A model generated the notes under the pieces. The model did not search any database. It worked only from the letters and a program-made list of their open reading frames with translations, and was not told the origin of the DNA. The position numbers and the translations under genes are program-made. A stretch of DNA of 64,000 bases from an uncultured Bacillales bacterium (lineage in GTDB: Bacteria > Bacillota_I > Bacilli_A > RF39 > UBA660): assembly GCA_946615975.1 (NCBI GenBank), contig CAMOID010000002.1, forward strand, positions 7,808 through 71,807, given 5' to 3'. Shown here piece by piece: positions 18,221 through 26,072 of this stretch; position 1 is the stretch's first letter, and each line of letters starts with the position of its first letter.

Positions 18221-18410
18221 ATTATCACCATTATCATTTTTTCTTTCTCTAAATATTTTATAATATTTTGAGTTTTTAAACAATAGAAAAACAACTTCTT
18301 CTGAAGTTGTATTGTCTAGTTGAAATAGAAGTTGTTTTCCTAAAAAGAATAAAAAGGGGTTGGCTAGCGTGATACTAGCATCAATTCGCTATAAGTGAAT
18401 TGATAGTAAT
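18221..18410 (-). promoter_or_regulatory. Structured 5' leader of the LCP gene (promoter-like TTGTTT-16-TATAAT, two small hairpins, terminator-like hairpin)
   Basis: Minus-strand hairpins: tcaattc/gaattga (18381-18403), gctag/ctagc (18363-18379), and acaacttc-agaa-gaagttgt (18291-18310) followed by TTTTTCTATTGTTT. A second copy of aaaacaacttc (18328-18338) can pair with the same 3' arm. Confidence 0.3.
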
Positions 18411-18494
18411 TATTATATTCAAAAATAATATTAAAACAAGTCTTGAAATTTATTTTTTTTATGTTAGAATAAGAAAAAAAAGTTCACCACATAA

Positions 18495-18521
18495 ATAAAA
18501 AGCACTTATTGTGCTTTTTTT
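18495..18521. terminator. Terminator after the amidoligase-like gene
   Basis: Stem agcac/gtgct (18501-18505 / 18511-18515), extended by A:T pairs and flanked by A/T runs. Confidence 0.5.
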
Positions 18522-19411
18522 AATGTCTTAGGATCTTCTCCTATATATTGTTGAGTAAAATATAATTTATCTTCTTCATTATTAAATATATAGAATAAAA
18601 ATTCTTCTAATAATTGTTCTTTTATTTTAAAACATTTAAATTGATTTTTATAATTATAATTAAAGTTTTCTTTTTCTTTCTTTAATAATACATCTAAATA
18701 CTTTTCATCTATTCTTCTTTCTTGTGCTGCTTTTACTAAATTAGTAAACATGTTTACATAGTTAAACCATAGAGTATATTCATTAGTACCATTAGGTAGT
18801 CTAAATTCAATTAATCTTCTTGGTACTTTTTTAAAGTTTACTGATAACATTTTGTTTTCAGTAAAAGTATCTATTATTTCTTTTGGATGATCAAATAAAG
18901 GAACACTATTAATCATTTTATAATATATAGCATCTGAATAAGTAGTTACTCCTTTTCTTAAAACAGGATCATTACCGCGACAAAATCTTGCAATTATTTG
19001 TTCAAAGTATGTATATATCTTTAATAAATATAATCTTTCTTCATCAGTAAAATCATCATCTAGATTTACTTGGAAAGAACTTAAGTTATATCTAGGATTT
19101 ATATGTTTTAATGTATTAGATAATTTTTTTAACATTTCTAAATCATCTTTTTTATTATGCATTACAGGTGTTACAACTTCTATACCTGATTCAACAGTTT
19201 TACCTGGTAATATAATTGATAAAGATCTATCATCTTTAACTGATAATAGTTTATCTACATTACAAATTACTCTTTCAGCATCTTGTACTGCTTTTAATGA
19301 TTTAAAACCATTATTTTCTATTTCTAGACCAAATCCTATTTTAGGATCAATATTAATTTTACGTCTTCTAGGTAAATCTGTATTTAATGCTTTTTCAATA
19401 TAATTAGACAT
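18506..19411 (-). CDS. Putative amidoligase (glutamine-synthetase-like fold, Amidoligase_2-like); weak call
   Basis: The motif order GFGLEIEN ... GIEVVTPVM ... LIEFRLPNGT resembles the conserved strand motifs of GS-like amidoligases. I prefer the ATG at 19411 (GAGGGGA RBS) over the ORF-track start at 19465. Confidence 0.35.
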   Translation of the reverse strand: MSNYIEKALNTDLPRRRKINIDPKIGFGLEIENNGFKSLKAVQDAERVICNVDKLLSVKDDRSLSIILPGKTVESGIEVVTPVMHNKKDDLEMLKKLSNTLKHINPRYNLSSFQVNLDDDFTDEERLYLLKIYTYFEQIIARFCRGNDPVLRKGVTTYSDAIYYKMINSVPLFDHPKEIIDTFTENKMLSVNFKKVPRRLIEFRLPNGTNEYTLWFNYVNMFTNLVKAAQERRIDEKYLDVLLKKEKENFNYNYKNQFKCFKIKEQLLEEFLFYIFNNEEDKLYFTQQYIGEDPKTLKKAQ

Positions 19412-19467
19412 ATGAATCCCCTCTTTTTGAGTGAATATTTTATCACACATATTAAATAACGGCAAAT

Positions 19468-19494
19468 TAAAAAAAATAACACTAATGTGTTATT
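19468..19494 (-). terminator. Terminator ending the gpx-trxB-trxA-ohrR-SDR operon
   Basis: Stem aataacac/gtgttatt (19475-19482 / 19487-19494) followed by a T8 run on the minus strand. Confidence 0.7.
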
Positions 19495-19497
19495 CTT

Positions 19498-20259
19498 TTA
19501 AACAGCTGTATATCCACCATCAACTGGTAATATAACACCTGTAACATAACTTGCTTCTTCTGAAGCTAAGAATATGGCTGCAGGATTTAATTCACCTGCT
19601 TGACCATATCTTTGCATTGGTACATGTGTTTTAGCAAATTCTTGGAATGTATCAGTATCTAATACTTGTGTAGTTAATTCAGTATAGAAATAACCAGGAC
19701 AAATAGCATTAACTGTTATACCATATTTTGCAAGTTCAGCAGCTGCTGCTCTTGTATAATTTACTACTCCACCTTTAGAGGAATGATATGCAATTGTTGG
19801 TATTTCTGTATTACCAACTAAACCATACATAGAAGCTATATTAATAATTCTTCCATAATTATTCTTTTTCATAATATTTCCAAATGCACGTGTAACTTTA
19901 AATACTGATGTTAAATCTGTACTAATTGTGAAATCCCATTCATCATCAGTCATTTCTAATGCACCTGTATCTTTTGAAGAACCAGCACAGTTAATTAATA
20001 CATCAACTTTACCAAAATGATCTTCAACTGTTTTAGCAGCTTCATTAATTGAATCAGTAGATGTTACATCACATGTAACAGGAAGCACTTCAATTTTATA
20101 TTTTTCTTCTAAATCTTTTTTTATTTCTTCTAATCTTTCTAGTCTTCTTGCAAGTATAGCAAGTGATGCTCCTTGTTTAGCAAATCCTTCTGCCATTTGT
20201 TTTCCTAAACCAGATGATGCACCTGTTATAACTACAACTCTATTATCAAATTTAAACAT
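19498..20259 (-). CDS. Short-chain dehydrogenase/reductase (SDR)
   Basis: VVITGASSGLGKQ (TGxxxGxG), NCAG, and the YHSSKGG catalytic Tyr-x3-Lys. Confidence 0.85.
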   Translation of the reverse strand: MFKFDNRVVVITGASSGLGKQMAEGFAKQGASLAILARRLERLEEIKKDLEEKYKIEVLPVTCDVTSTDSINEAAKTVEDHFGKVDVLINCAGSSKDTGALEMTDDEWDFTISTDLTSVFKVTRAFGNIMKKNNYGRIINIASMYGLVGNTEIPTIAYHSSKGGVVNYTRAAAAELAKYGITVNAICPGYFYTELTTQVLDTDTFQEFAKTHVPMQRYGQAGELNPAAIFLASEEASYVTGVILPVDGGYTAV

Positions 20260-20267
20260 TATATTAC

Positions 20268-20684
20268 CTACTTTCTTAACATCTTATATAACAATTTATA
20301 TAAAGTAATTGATTCTTCTTTTGTTAAATTTATACATTTTCCAATTTCAACTGGAACTACTGTTGCTCTTTCTTTTAATTTCTTTCCTTCTTCTGTGATA
20401 GAAATTACAAGATTTCTTTTATCATCTTTATTATGAGTTATTTTAATATATTCTTTTTGTTCAAGTTTCTTTAATAATGGTGTTAATGTTCCTGAATCTA
20501 AGAATAATACTTCTCCTAAAGTTTTAACATTTATATTATTATGTTCCCATAAAACTAACATAGTAATATATTGAGTATATGTTAAATCTAATTTATCTAG
20601 TATTGGTTTATATTTTCTAATTATTTCTTTAGAACAAGCATATAATGGGAAACATAATTGATTTTCTAATTTAAGTTCATCCAT
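20268..20684 (-). CDS. ohrR: MarR-family organic-hydroperoxide sensor OhrR
   Basis: LENQLCFPLYACSKEIIRKYKPILDKLDLTYTQYITMLVLWEH...FLDSGTLTPLLKKLE resembles B. subtilis OhrR closely, as far as I recall that sequence, including the sensing Cys in QLCF. Confidence 0.8.
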   Translation of the reverse strand: MDELKLENQLCFPLYACSKEIIRKYKPILDKLDLTYTQYITMLVLWEHNNINVKTLGEVLFLDSGTLTPLLKKLEQKEYIKITHNKDDKRNLVISITEEGKKLKERATVVPVEIGKCINLTKEESITLYKLLYKMLRK

Positions 20685-20691
20685 ATTATAC

Positions 20692-20991
20692 CTACTTTAA
20701 TAAATCTTTTAATTCTTCTTTAGTTTTAAATCCTACAGATTGATTAACTAATTCACCATCATTAAAAATTAATATAGTTGGAATAGACATAATATTATAT
20801 TTTCTTACTACTTCAACACTTTCATCTACATTTAATTTATAGAAATTAACATCAGTTAATTCTTCTGCTAATTCATCAATTATTGGTGAAAGCATTTTGC
20901 ATGGTCCACACCATTCAGCAAAACAGTCTACTACAACTTTTCCATTTGAACTTAATTCTTTAAAAGTTTGATCTGTAATATCTTTAACCAT
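20692..20991 (-). CDS. trxA: Thioredoxin
   Basis: WCGPCK active site in a 99-aa thioredoxin fold. Confidence 0.9.
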   Translation of the reverse strand: MVKDITDQTFKELSSNGKVVVDCFAEWCGPCKMLSPIIDELAEELTDVNFYKLNVDESVEVVRKYNIMSIPTILIFNDGELVNQSVGFKTKEELKDLLK

Positions 20992-21893
20992 TATTTATTC
21001 ATCTCCTTAATTGCAACAGTTGCAGCAATTGATCCATCAGATACTGCTGTTGTTAATTGTTTTAAATCTTTATTTCTACAATCACCAGCAACATAAATAT
21101 GTTCAGTATTAGTATGAACATCATCTATTGTTTTGATATATCCTTTTTCATCTAATTCTACAACATTTGCAAACATTTCATTTTTAGGTTCTTGACCTAC
21201 AGCTATAAATAATCCAGATATTGAAATATCTCTTGTATTAGATTCATTATCAACTATAGTAATTGATTCTAAATAATCATTACCATTTATTGATTGAACT
21301 TTTGAATTATATATAACTTCAATATTATCTTTTTCTTCTATTTCTTTAATATATTTATCTTCACCTCTAAAAGTATCTCTTCTATGAACTAAATATACTT
21401 TATTACAAATATTAGATAAATATAAAGCATCTTCTAAAGCAGTATTACCACCACCTATAACAGCAACATCTTTTCCTTTATAGAAATTACCATCACATGT
21501 AGCACAATAAGAAACACCTTTACCAATTAATTCAACTTCATTTGGTAAATTTAATTTTCTATTTTGAGCTCCTGTAGCTAGAATTATTGCTTTTGCTTTA
21601 TAAGTTCCATTAGAAGTTTTTACTTCTAATTCTGGAGTAACATTTAATACTGTTTCGTATTTAATTTCTACTCCTCTTTCTTTTACTTGGTTATACATAG
21701 TTGTTGCAATTTCAAATCCACTTGTATTTCCTACACCTGGATAATTTTCAACAACTGAGGCATTTAGTATTTGACCTCCATATGCCTTTCCTTCAAAAAC
21801 TAATACACTTTTATTTGCACGTGATGCATATAATGCTGCAGTTAATCCTGCTGGACCAGCACCTACAATAATAATATCGTACATATATTTCAC
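20991..21893 (-). CDS. trxB: Thioredoxin-disulfide reductase
   Basis: IIVGAGPAGLTAALY (FAD), CATCDG redox centre, VIGGGNTALEDALYL (NADPH). Confidence 0.9.
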   Translation of the reverse strand: MKYMYDIIIVGAGPAGLTAALYASRANKSVLVFEGKAYGGQILNASVVENYPGVGNTSGFEIATTMYNQVKERGVEIKYETVLNVTPELEVKTSNGTYKAKAIILATGAQNRKLNLPNEVELIGKGVSYCATCDGNFYKGKDVAVIGGGNTALEDALYLSNICNKVYLVHRRDTFRGEDKYIKEIEEKDNIEVIYNSKVQSINGNDYLESITIVDNESNTRDISISGLFIAVGQEPKNEMFANVVELDEKGYIKTIDDVHTNTEHIYVAGDCRNKDLKQLTTAVSDGSIAATVAIKEMNK

Positions 21894-21895
21894 CT

Positions 21896-22438
21896 CTATT
21901 TTAATAATTCTTTAATAGTGTCTTCTAACTTCATAGGATCTTCAATTGGAGATAATCTTCTAACAAGATTTCCTTCTTTATCAATTAAATATTTAGTAAA
22001 GTTCCATTGAACATCATATTTATCTTTAGTAGATGCACTTAGTTTCTTAACAGCTTTCATAGCTAATTTATTCTTTAAACCATGGATTTCATCTTCCATA
22101 TTAAATTCTTTTAATACTTTAAATACATCTGATTGATTTTCTCCATTTACATCAATCTTTTTAAATTGATCAAATGTAGTATTATATTTAGCTGTACAGA
22201 ATTCATGGATTTGATCATCTGATCCTGGAGCTTGATGTCCAAATTGATTACAAGGGAAATCTAATACTTCTAAACCTTGATCATGATATTCTTTATATAA
22301 TTTCTCTATTGCTTCATATTGTGGTGTAAATCCACATCCTGTAGCGGTATTTACTATTAATAATACCTTTCCTTTTAAATTACTTAATTTATAATCTTTA
22401 TCGTCTCTTGTTTTAACAACGCAATCGTATAATTTCAT
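21896..22438 (-). CDS. gpx: Glutathione peroxidase family (Cys-type) peroxidase
   Basis: VNTATGCGFTPQY, FPCNQFGHQAPG and WNFTKYLID motifs. I prefer the ATG at 22438 (AAGGAAA RBS) over the ORF-track start at 22471. Confidence 0.85.
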   Translation of the reverse strand: MKLYDCVVKTRDDKDYKLSNLKGKVLLIVNTATGCGFTPQYEAIEKLYKEYHDQGLEVLDFPCNQFGHQAPGSDDQIHEFCTAKYNTTFDQFKKIDVNGENQSDVFKVLKEFNMEDEIHGLKNKLAMKAVKKLSASTKDKYDVQWNFTKYLIDKEGNLVRRLSPIEDPMKLEDTIKELLK

Positions 22439-22462
22439 TATATTTTCCTTCTCTCTAAATAC

Positions 22463-22510
22463 ATTGTACACAATCTATTTTTAAAAGTCAAGATAAATTG
22501 TGCACAATTT
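22463..22510 (-). promoter_or_regulatory. Promoter of the gpx operon with two OhrR-box-like palindromes
   Basis: Minus strand TTGACT (22486-22491)-17 nt-TACAAT (22463-22468). The palindrome ATTGTACACAAT (22463-22474) overlaps the -10, and AAATTGTGCACAATTT (22495-22510) abuts the -35. Both have the form AATTGT-N2-ACAATT. Confidence 0.6.
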
Positions 22511-22516
22511 ATTTAA

Positions 22517-22546
22517 ACAAAATAAAACCAGTGAAATTCACTGGTT
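22517..22546 (-). terminator. Terminator downstream of tRNA-Arg
   Basis: Stem aaccagtga/tcactggtt (22526-22534 / 22538-22546) followed by TTATTTTGTTT on the minus strand. Confidence 0.7.
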
Positions 22547-22556
22547 ATATTCTAAA

Positions 22557-22633
22557 TGGTGTCCGCGTGGAGATTCGAACTCCAGACCTGCCGCTTAGAA
22601 GGCGGATGCTCTATCCAGCTGAGCTACGCAGAC
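22557..22633 (-). tRNA. tRNA-Arg (anticodon TCT)
   Basis: The reverse complement GTCTGCGTAGCTCAGCTGGATAGAGCATCCGCCTTCTAAGCGGCAGGTCTGGAGTTCGAATCTCCACGCGGACACCA forms a clean cloverleaf with anticodon loop CTTCTAA and an encoded CCA. Confidence 0.93.
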
Positions 22634-22653
22634 ATATCTCAATTGACTAGATA

Positions 22654-22682
22654 ATTATATATCAATTTTTATAAAAATGCAA
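22654..22682 (-). promoter_or_regulatory. Sigma-A-type promoter for tRNA-Arg
   Basis: Minus strand TTGCAT-17 nt-TATAAT, with the -10 ending 20 nt upstream of the mature 5' end. Confidence 0.55.
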
Positions 22683-22696
22683 GGAATATTCTTACT

Positions 22697-23647
22697 TTAT
22701 GCTGCATTTTTGTTTAAAGATAAGAATATTCCTTCTGTATTCATTTTTTTATCTAATAATCTTAGTAGATCTTGATCATCAACATTCTTAATATCTTGAA
22801 TAGATAATCCTTCTAATGCTGGTATTAATCCTTTAACAATCATTGTAGAAATAAGTTCATATTTTCCTTTAGAAATATAATACTTAATTATTCTAGTAAC
22901 TGATTGTCCAAAGTTCATACCAAATATCATATATGATAAGAATAATAAATTATCCTCACCTACTTTAGATATTACATCTTTATTTAATATTTCTGTATCT
23001 ATTTCATTTGTTATTAATAATCCTAATAATGTTTTTAAATCAAAATGATTATGAATATTATACTTTTCTAATTTTAAATCATATATTGTATTAAATGAAT
23101 TATATATACCATTTTCTAATAAATCTAATAATAACATTTTTTCATTATATGATAAAGAATCAAATACTCTACTAATTCTTATACCATTAAACATATAATC
23201 ATTTACATTAGCAGTATTAAATCTTTCAGTTAATACTTTATTAGGAACTTCTTTAAATGATCTATTAGTAATAATACCATTCTTTTCAATATATTTAGTA
23301 GAATCTACTCCATATTGACTTATCTTTTTATAATATCTAATTACATCTGAATTAGATTTAGTTACTTCGTCTGAATTTAAATATGCTTCAATAAATGAAG
23401 ATAATGTGATATCTGGCATTGTAAATATTGAATCTCTTATAATATTGTATATAGTTTCTTTATCAAAATGTTTATCTAATTCAAATACAAATGCTTTAAT
23501 CATTGTTTCATTAGATTTATATTTTCTAAATAAATCTTGATTTTTAAGTAAATTATCACGAACGCTAGAATCAATTACATATTTATCTAACAATGGATAT
23601 TTACTTTTAAATTTATTTCCAGAAAACATTCTATCAAATACGTTCAT
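22697..23647 (-). CDS. Hypothetical helical protein (316 aa)
   Basis: Intact ORF with a GAAAGGGG RBS. No motif recognised. Confidence 0.45.
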   Translation of the reverse strand: MNVFDRMFSGNKFKSKYPLLDKYVIDSSVRDNLLKNQDLFRKYKSNETMIKAFVFELDKHFDKETIYNIIRDSIFTMPDITLSSFIEAYLNSDEVTKSNSDVIRYYKKISQYGVDSTKYIEKNGIITNRSFKEVPNKVLTERFNTANVNDYMFNGIRISRVFDSLSYNEKMLLLDLLENGIYNSFNTIYDLKLEKYNIHNHFDLKTLLGLLITNEIDTEILNKDVISKVGEDNLLFLSYMIFGMNFGQSVTRIIKYYISKGKYELISTMIVKGLIPALEGLSIQDIKNVDDQDLLRLLDKKMNTEGIFLSLNKNAA

Positions 23648-23705
23648 GATAAAACCCCTTTCAATAATATTAAGTTATTATATATAAAGAATATTAATAA
23701 GTCAA

Positions 23706-23735
23706 ACAAAAAAGATAGTTTTGTTTACTATCTTT
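23706..23735 (-). terminator. Terminator after dut
   Basis: Stem aaagatagt/actatcttt (23711-23719 / 23727-23735) plus a T-run on the minus strand. Confidence 0.65.
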
Positions 23736-23747
23736 ACAGGTTATATA

Positions 23748-24206
23748 TTATTTGTCAGTAGAACCAAATCCACCAGTTCTATCGCCAGAAGCAACATCAT
23801 CATCAGTTACTAAATACTTAGCAAATACTCCTTGACCAATTGCTTCACCTTTTTTGATTTCAACGTCTTCATCTTTAATATTGAAAAAAGCAAACATTAT
23901 ATGTCCATCATTGTCTGGATTACCATAGTAATCTTTATCAATAACACCTACTGAATTAGCAAGTATTAATCCTTTTTTCTTAGGATTAGAACTTCTATTA
24001 TATAAATATAATACTTCATCATCCATCATATAAGCTTTAACACCTGTTTTAATTAATGTAGGAGCCATTCCTTTTTTGAAAGAAGGTACAACTACATCTT
24101 CAGCACATTCAAAGTCATATCCTGCTGCATATTTAGTTTTTCTAACTGGTAAGTTAATGTTTTTATCTTCAAATCCAGCTGCTACTTCAAATCCTCTTGT
24201 TTTCAT
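23748..24206 (-). CDS. dut: dUTP diphosphatase (trimeric dUTPase)
   Basis: AAGYDF, NSVGVIDKDYYG and the C-terminal RTGGFGSTDK motifs. I prefer the ATG at 24206 (GAGGA RBS). Confidence 0.85.
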   Translation of the reverse strand: MKTRGFEVAAGFEDKNINLPVRKTKYAAGYDFECAEDVVVPSFKKGMAPTLIKTGVKAYMMDDEVLYLYNRSSNPKKKGLILANSVGVIDKDYYGNPDNDGHIMFAFFNIKDEDVEIKKGEAIGQGVFAKYLVTDDDVASGDRTGGFGSTDK

Positions 24207-24259
24207 AAAAATCCTCATCTTTCCAAAGAAAATTATAACATTTTTACTTCTTTTATTTT

Positions 24260-24275
24260 TGTTGCTTTTGCAACA
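24260..24275. promoter_or_regulatory. 16-bp palindrome TGTTGC-TTTT-GCAACA in the dut/crp divergent region; candidate Crp/Fnr-family operator
   Basis: Perfect 6-N4-6 inverted repeat 9 nt upstream of a TATAAT (24285-24290) preceding the Crp/Fnr-family gene. Confidence 0.3.
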
Positions 24276-24311
24276 CTAATTATATATAATAAATCTAATG
24301 GAGGTAATTAT

Positions 24312-24953
24312 ATGGCTAAGACTTCTATATTTAATGAATTATCTTTTCAAGATCAAGATAAACTATTAAATGACTTTAAAGCTAGATCTTCATCTTTTAG
24401 TAAAGGTGTAACAATAATGTCTAACTTAAGAACAACAAGAGATTTTAATATAGTTAAATCTGGAACAATTAATATTATCCGTTTTAATTATAATGGTACA
24501 CGTACCATTATTGAAACACTTGAAGAAGATGATATATTTGGTCACTTTTCTTCTGCTACTCAAGAAGAATTATATGTTATAGCTGAAACAGATGCTGAAA
24601 TAATTTCTTTCAACTATGATCAAATATTTCAAAGATATTCTAAAAATATAGATTTACATTATCAATTTAATGAAAATGTAGTTAAAATATTAGCTAATAA
24701 ATTACAAGCTACTAATGATAGAATACAAATATTAACTGAAAAAACTATTAGAAATAAATTATTAAATTATTTTAATAGTTTATACAAAAAAAATTTAAGT
24801 AAAAATATTACTATACCTTTTTCTTTAACTAACTTAGCAGATTACTTATCAATTGATAGATCAGCGATGATGAGAGAATTAAAGAATCTTAAAGATGAAG
24901 GTTTAATTAATCAAAAAGGAAAAAAGATACAATTGTTATACTATATTAATTAG
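24312..24953 (+). CDS. Crp/Fnr-family transcriptional regulator
   Basis: N-terminal cNMP-binding-like beta-roll and C-terminal HTH LTNLADYLSIDRSAMMRELKNLKDEGLI. GGAGG RBS. No Fnr-type Cys cluster. Confidence 0.75.
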   Translation: MAKTSIFNELSFQDQDKLLNDFKARSSSFSKGVTIMSNLRTTRDFNIVKSGTINIIRFNYNGTRTIIETLEEDDIFGHFSSATQEELYVIAETDAEIISFNYDQIFQRYSKNIDLHYQFNENVVKILANKLQATNDRIQILTEKTIRNKLLNYFNSLYKKNLSKNITIPFSLTNLADYLSIDRSAMMRELKNLKDEGLINQKGKKIQLLYYIN

Positions 24954-25998
24954 TATCAATTGTATCTTTTCTTTTGCCATACATTTTATATAATCTTTTA
25001 TCTAATTTTTTATATTCTTCTTGCTTTGCTTCTTCAGTATTAGGTATTTTACCTTCTTTAACTAATTCATCTAGCATTAATTGTTTATAATGTTCCATTA
25101 ACTTCTTATCAACTCTTGATTTAATAACTTTATAATATTTACTATTAGATTTAGATTTAATTGGGAAATGAATAAGTTTTAATCTATTACTTAACATTTT
25201 TTTAATATCTTCTAAGCATGCTTTATATTCTTCATCAGATAGTTTACCATCTATATAACCTTCTGTTACTCTTGCATACCACGCTTCTGCCATGAATCTA
25301 GAACATTCAGCAAATTTTCTTAAACATAAGAAAAATCTTTTAAATCTTTTTTGCTCAAATCCAATTAATATTTCATCTATATCATGTATAAATTGTGTTG
25401 ATTGTTCTACTGAAGTATAAGGAGCTAGAAATTCTATTAGTTCTAGTAAATTTGCACTGAAATATAAGTTTTCCATTTTATCTTGTCCAACAAATTCTTC
25501 AACTAATTTAGCTATATATTTAACAACACAGTAAGTTTCTTGATTTCTTTGTGGCTTTTCTTCTGTTCTATTTAAAAAGTATCTATCATCTAGTAATGAT
25601 GTATAACCTTCATCTAGTCCATATCCTATTCCAAGTTCACCTCTTGCTTGAATAAAACCTGAATAAATATTACCTTCTTCATCTACAGTACTAGATGCCA
25701 TATGTAATAATTCATGATCTATAAATGTATCTACTCTATCTCCACATACAACTTCTATAATATTTTTATCCATGCTATATTGAGCAGCTGCATCATAACA
25801 TATACCTTTATATGGAGGTATATATTTAATCTCTAATGTATCAAGATTATTATAAAAGAATGTCATGTCTTTTTTTCTATCTTTGTTTAAGTCTTCAACG
25901 AACCTTTTAAACATTGGTTCTTTTAGTTTTGGACTATTAATCTTACATGACTTAGGTACTGGTGATGCACCAATGTTGACTTCTATTATTTGTTCCAT
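24946..25998 (-). CDS. Hypothetical protein with an HExxH motif (possible zinc metallopeptidase)
   Basis: FIDHELLHMASS. I prefer the ATG at 25998 (MEQIIEV, GGAAG RBS) over the ORF-track start at 26034. The 3' end overlaps the convergent crp gene by 8 nt. Confidence 0.4.
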   Translation of the reverse strand: MEQIIEVNIGASPVPKSCKINSPKLKEPMFKRFVEDLNKDRKKDMTFFYNNLDTLEIKYIPPYKGICYDAAAQYSMDKNIIEVVCGDRVDTFIDHELLHMASSTVDEEGNIYSGFIQARGELGIGYGLDEGYTSLLDDRYFLNRTEEKPQRNQETYCVVKYIAKLVEEFVGQDKMENLYFSANLLELIEFLAPYTSVEQSTQFIHDIDEILIGFEQKRFKRFFLCLRKFAECSRFMAEAWYARVTEGYIDGKLSDEEYKACLEDIKKMLSNRLKLIHFPIKSKSNSKYYKVIKSRVDKKLMEHYKQLMLDELVKEGKIPNTEEAKQEEYKKLDKRLYKMYGKRKDTIDTN

Positions 25999-26043
25999 AT
26001 CATCACTTCCAATTAAATAATTATTATATATCATTTTTATTAA

Positions 26044-26072
26044 TAAAAAAACAGAAGATTTTAATCTTCTGT
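26044..26072 (-). terminator. Terminator after dnaJ
   Basis: Stem acagaaga/tcttctgt (26051-26058 / 26065-26072) followed by a T7 run on the minus strand. Confidence 0.65.

Noticed and set aside
18443-18521. A good plus-strand promoter-like sequence (TTGAAA-16-TGtTAGAAT, 18443-18470) followed about 30 nt later by the bidirectional terminator, suggesting a ~45-nt sRNA.
   Set aside because: Promoter-like hexamers arise easily in DNA this AT-rich. The putative transcript has no structure beyond the neighbouring gene's terminator. It is not supportable without transcript data.
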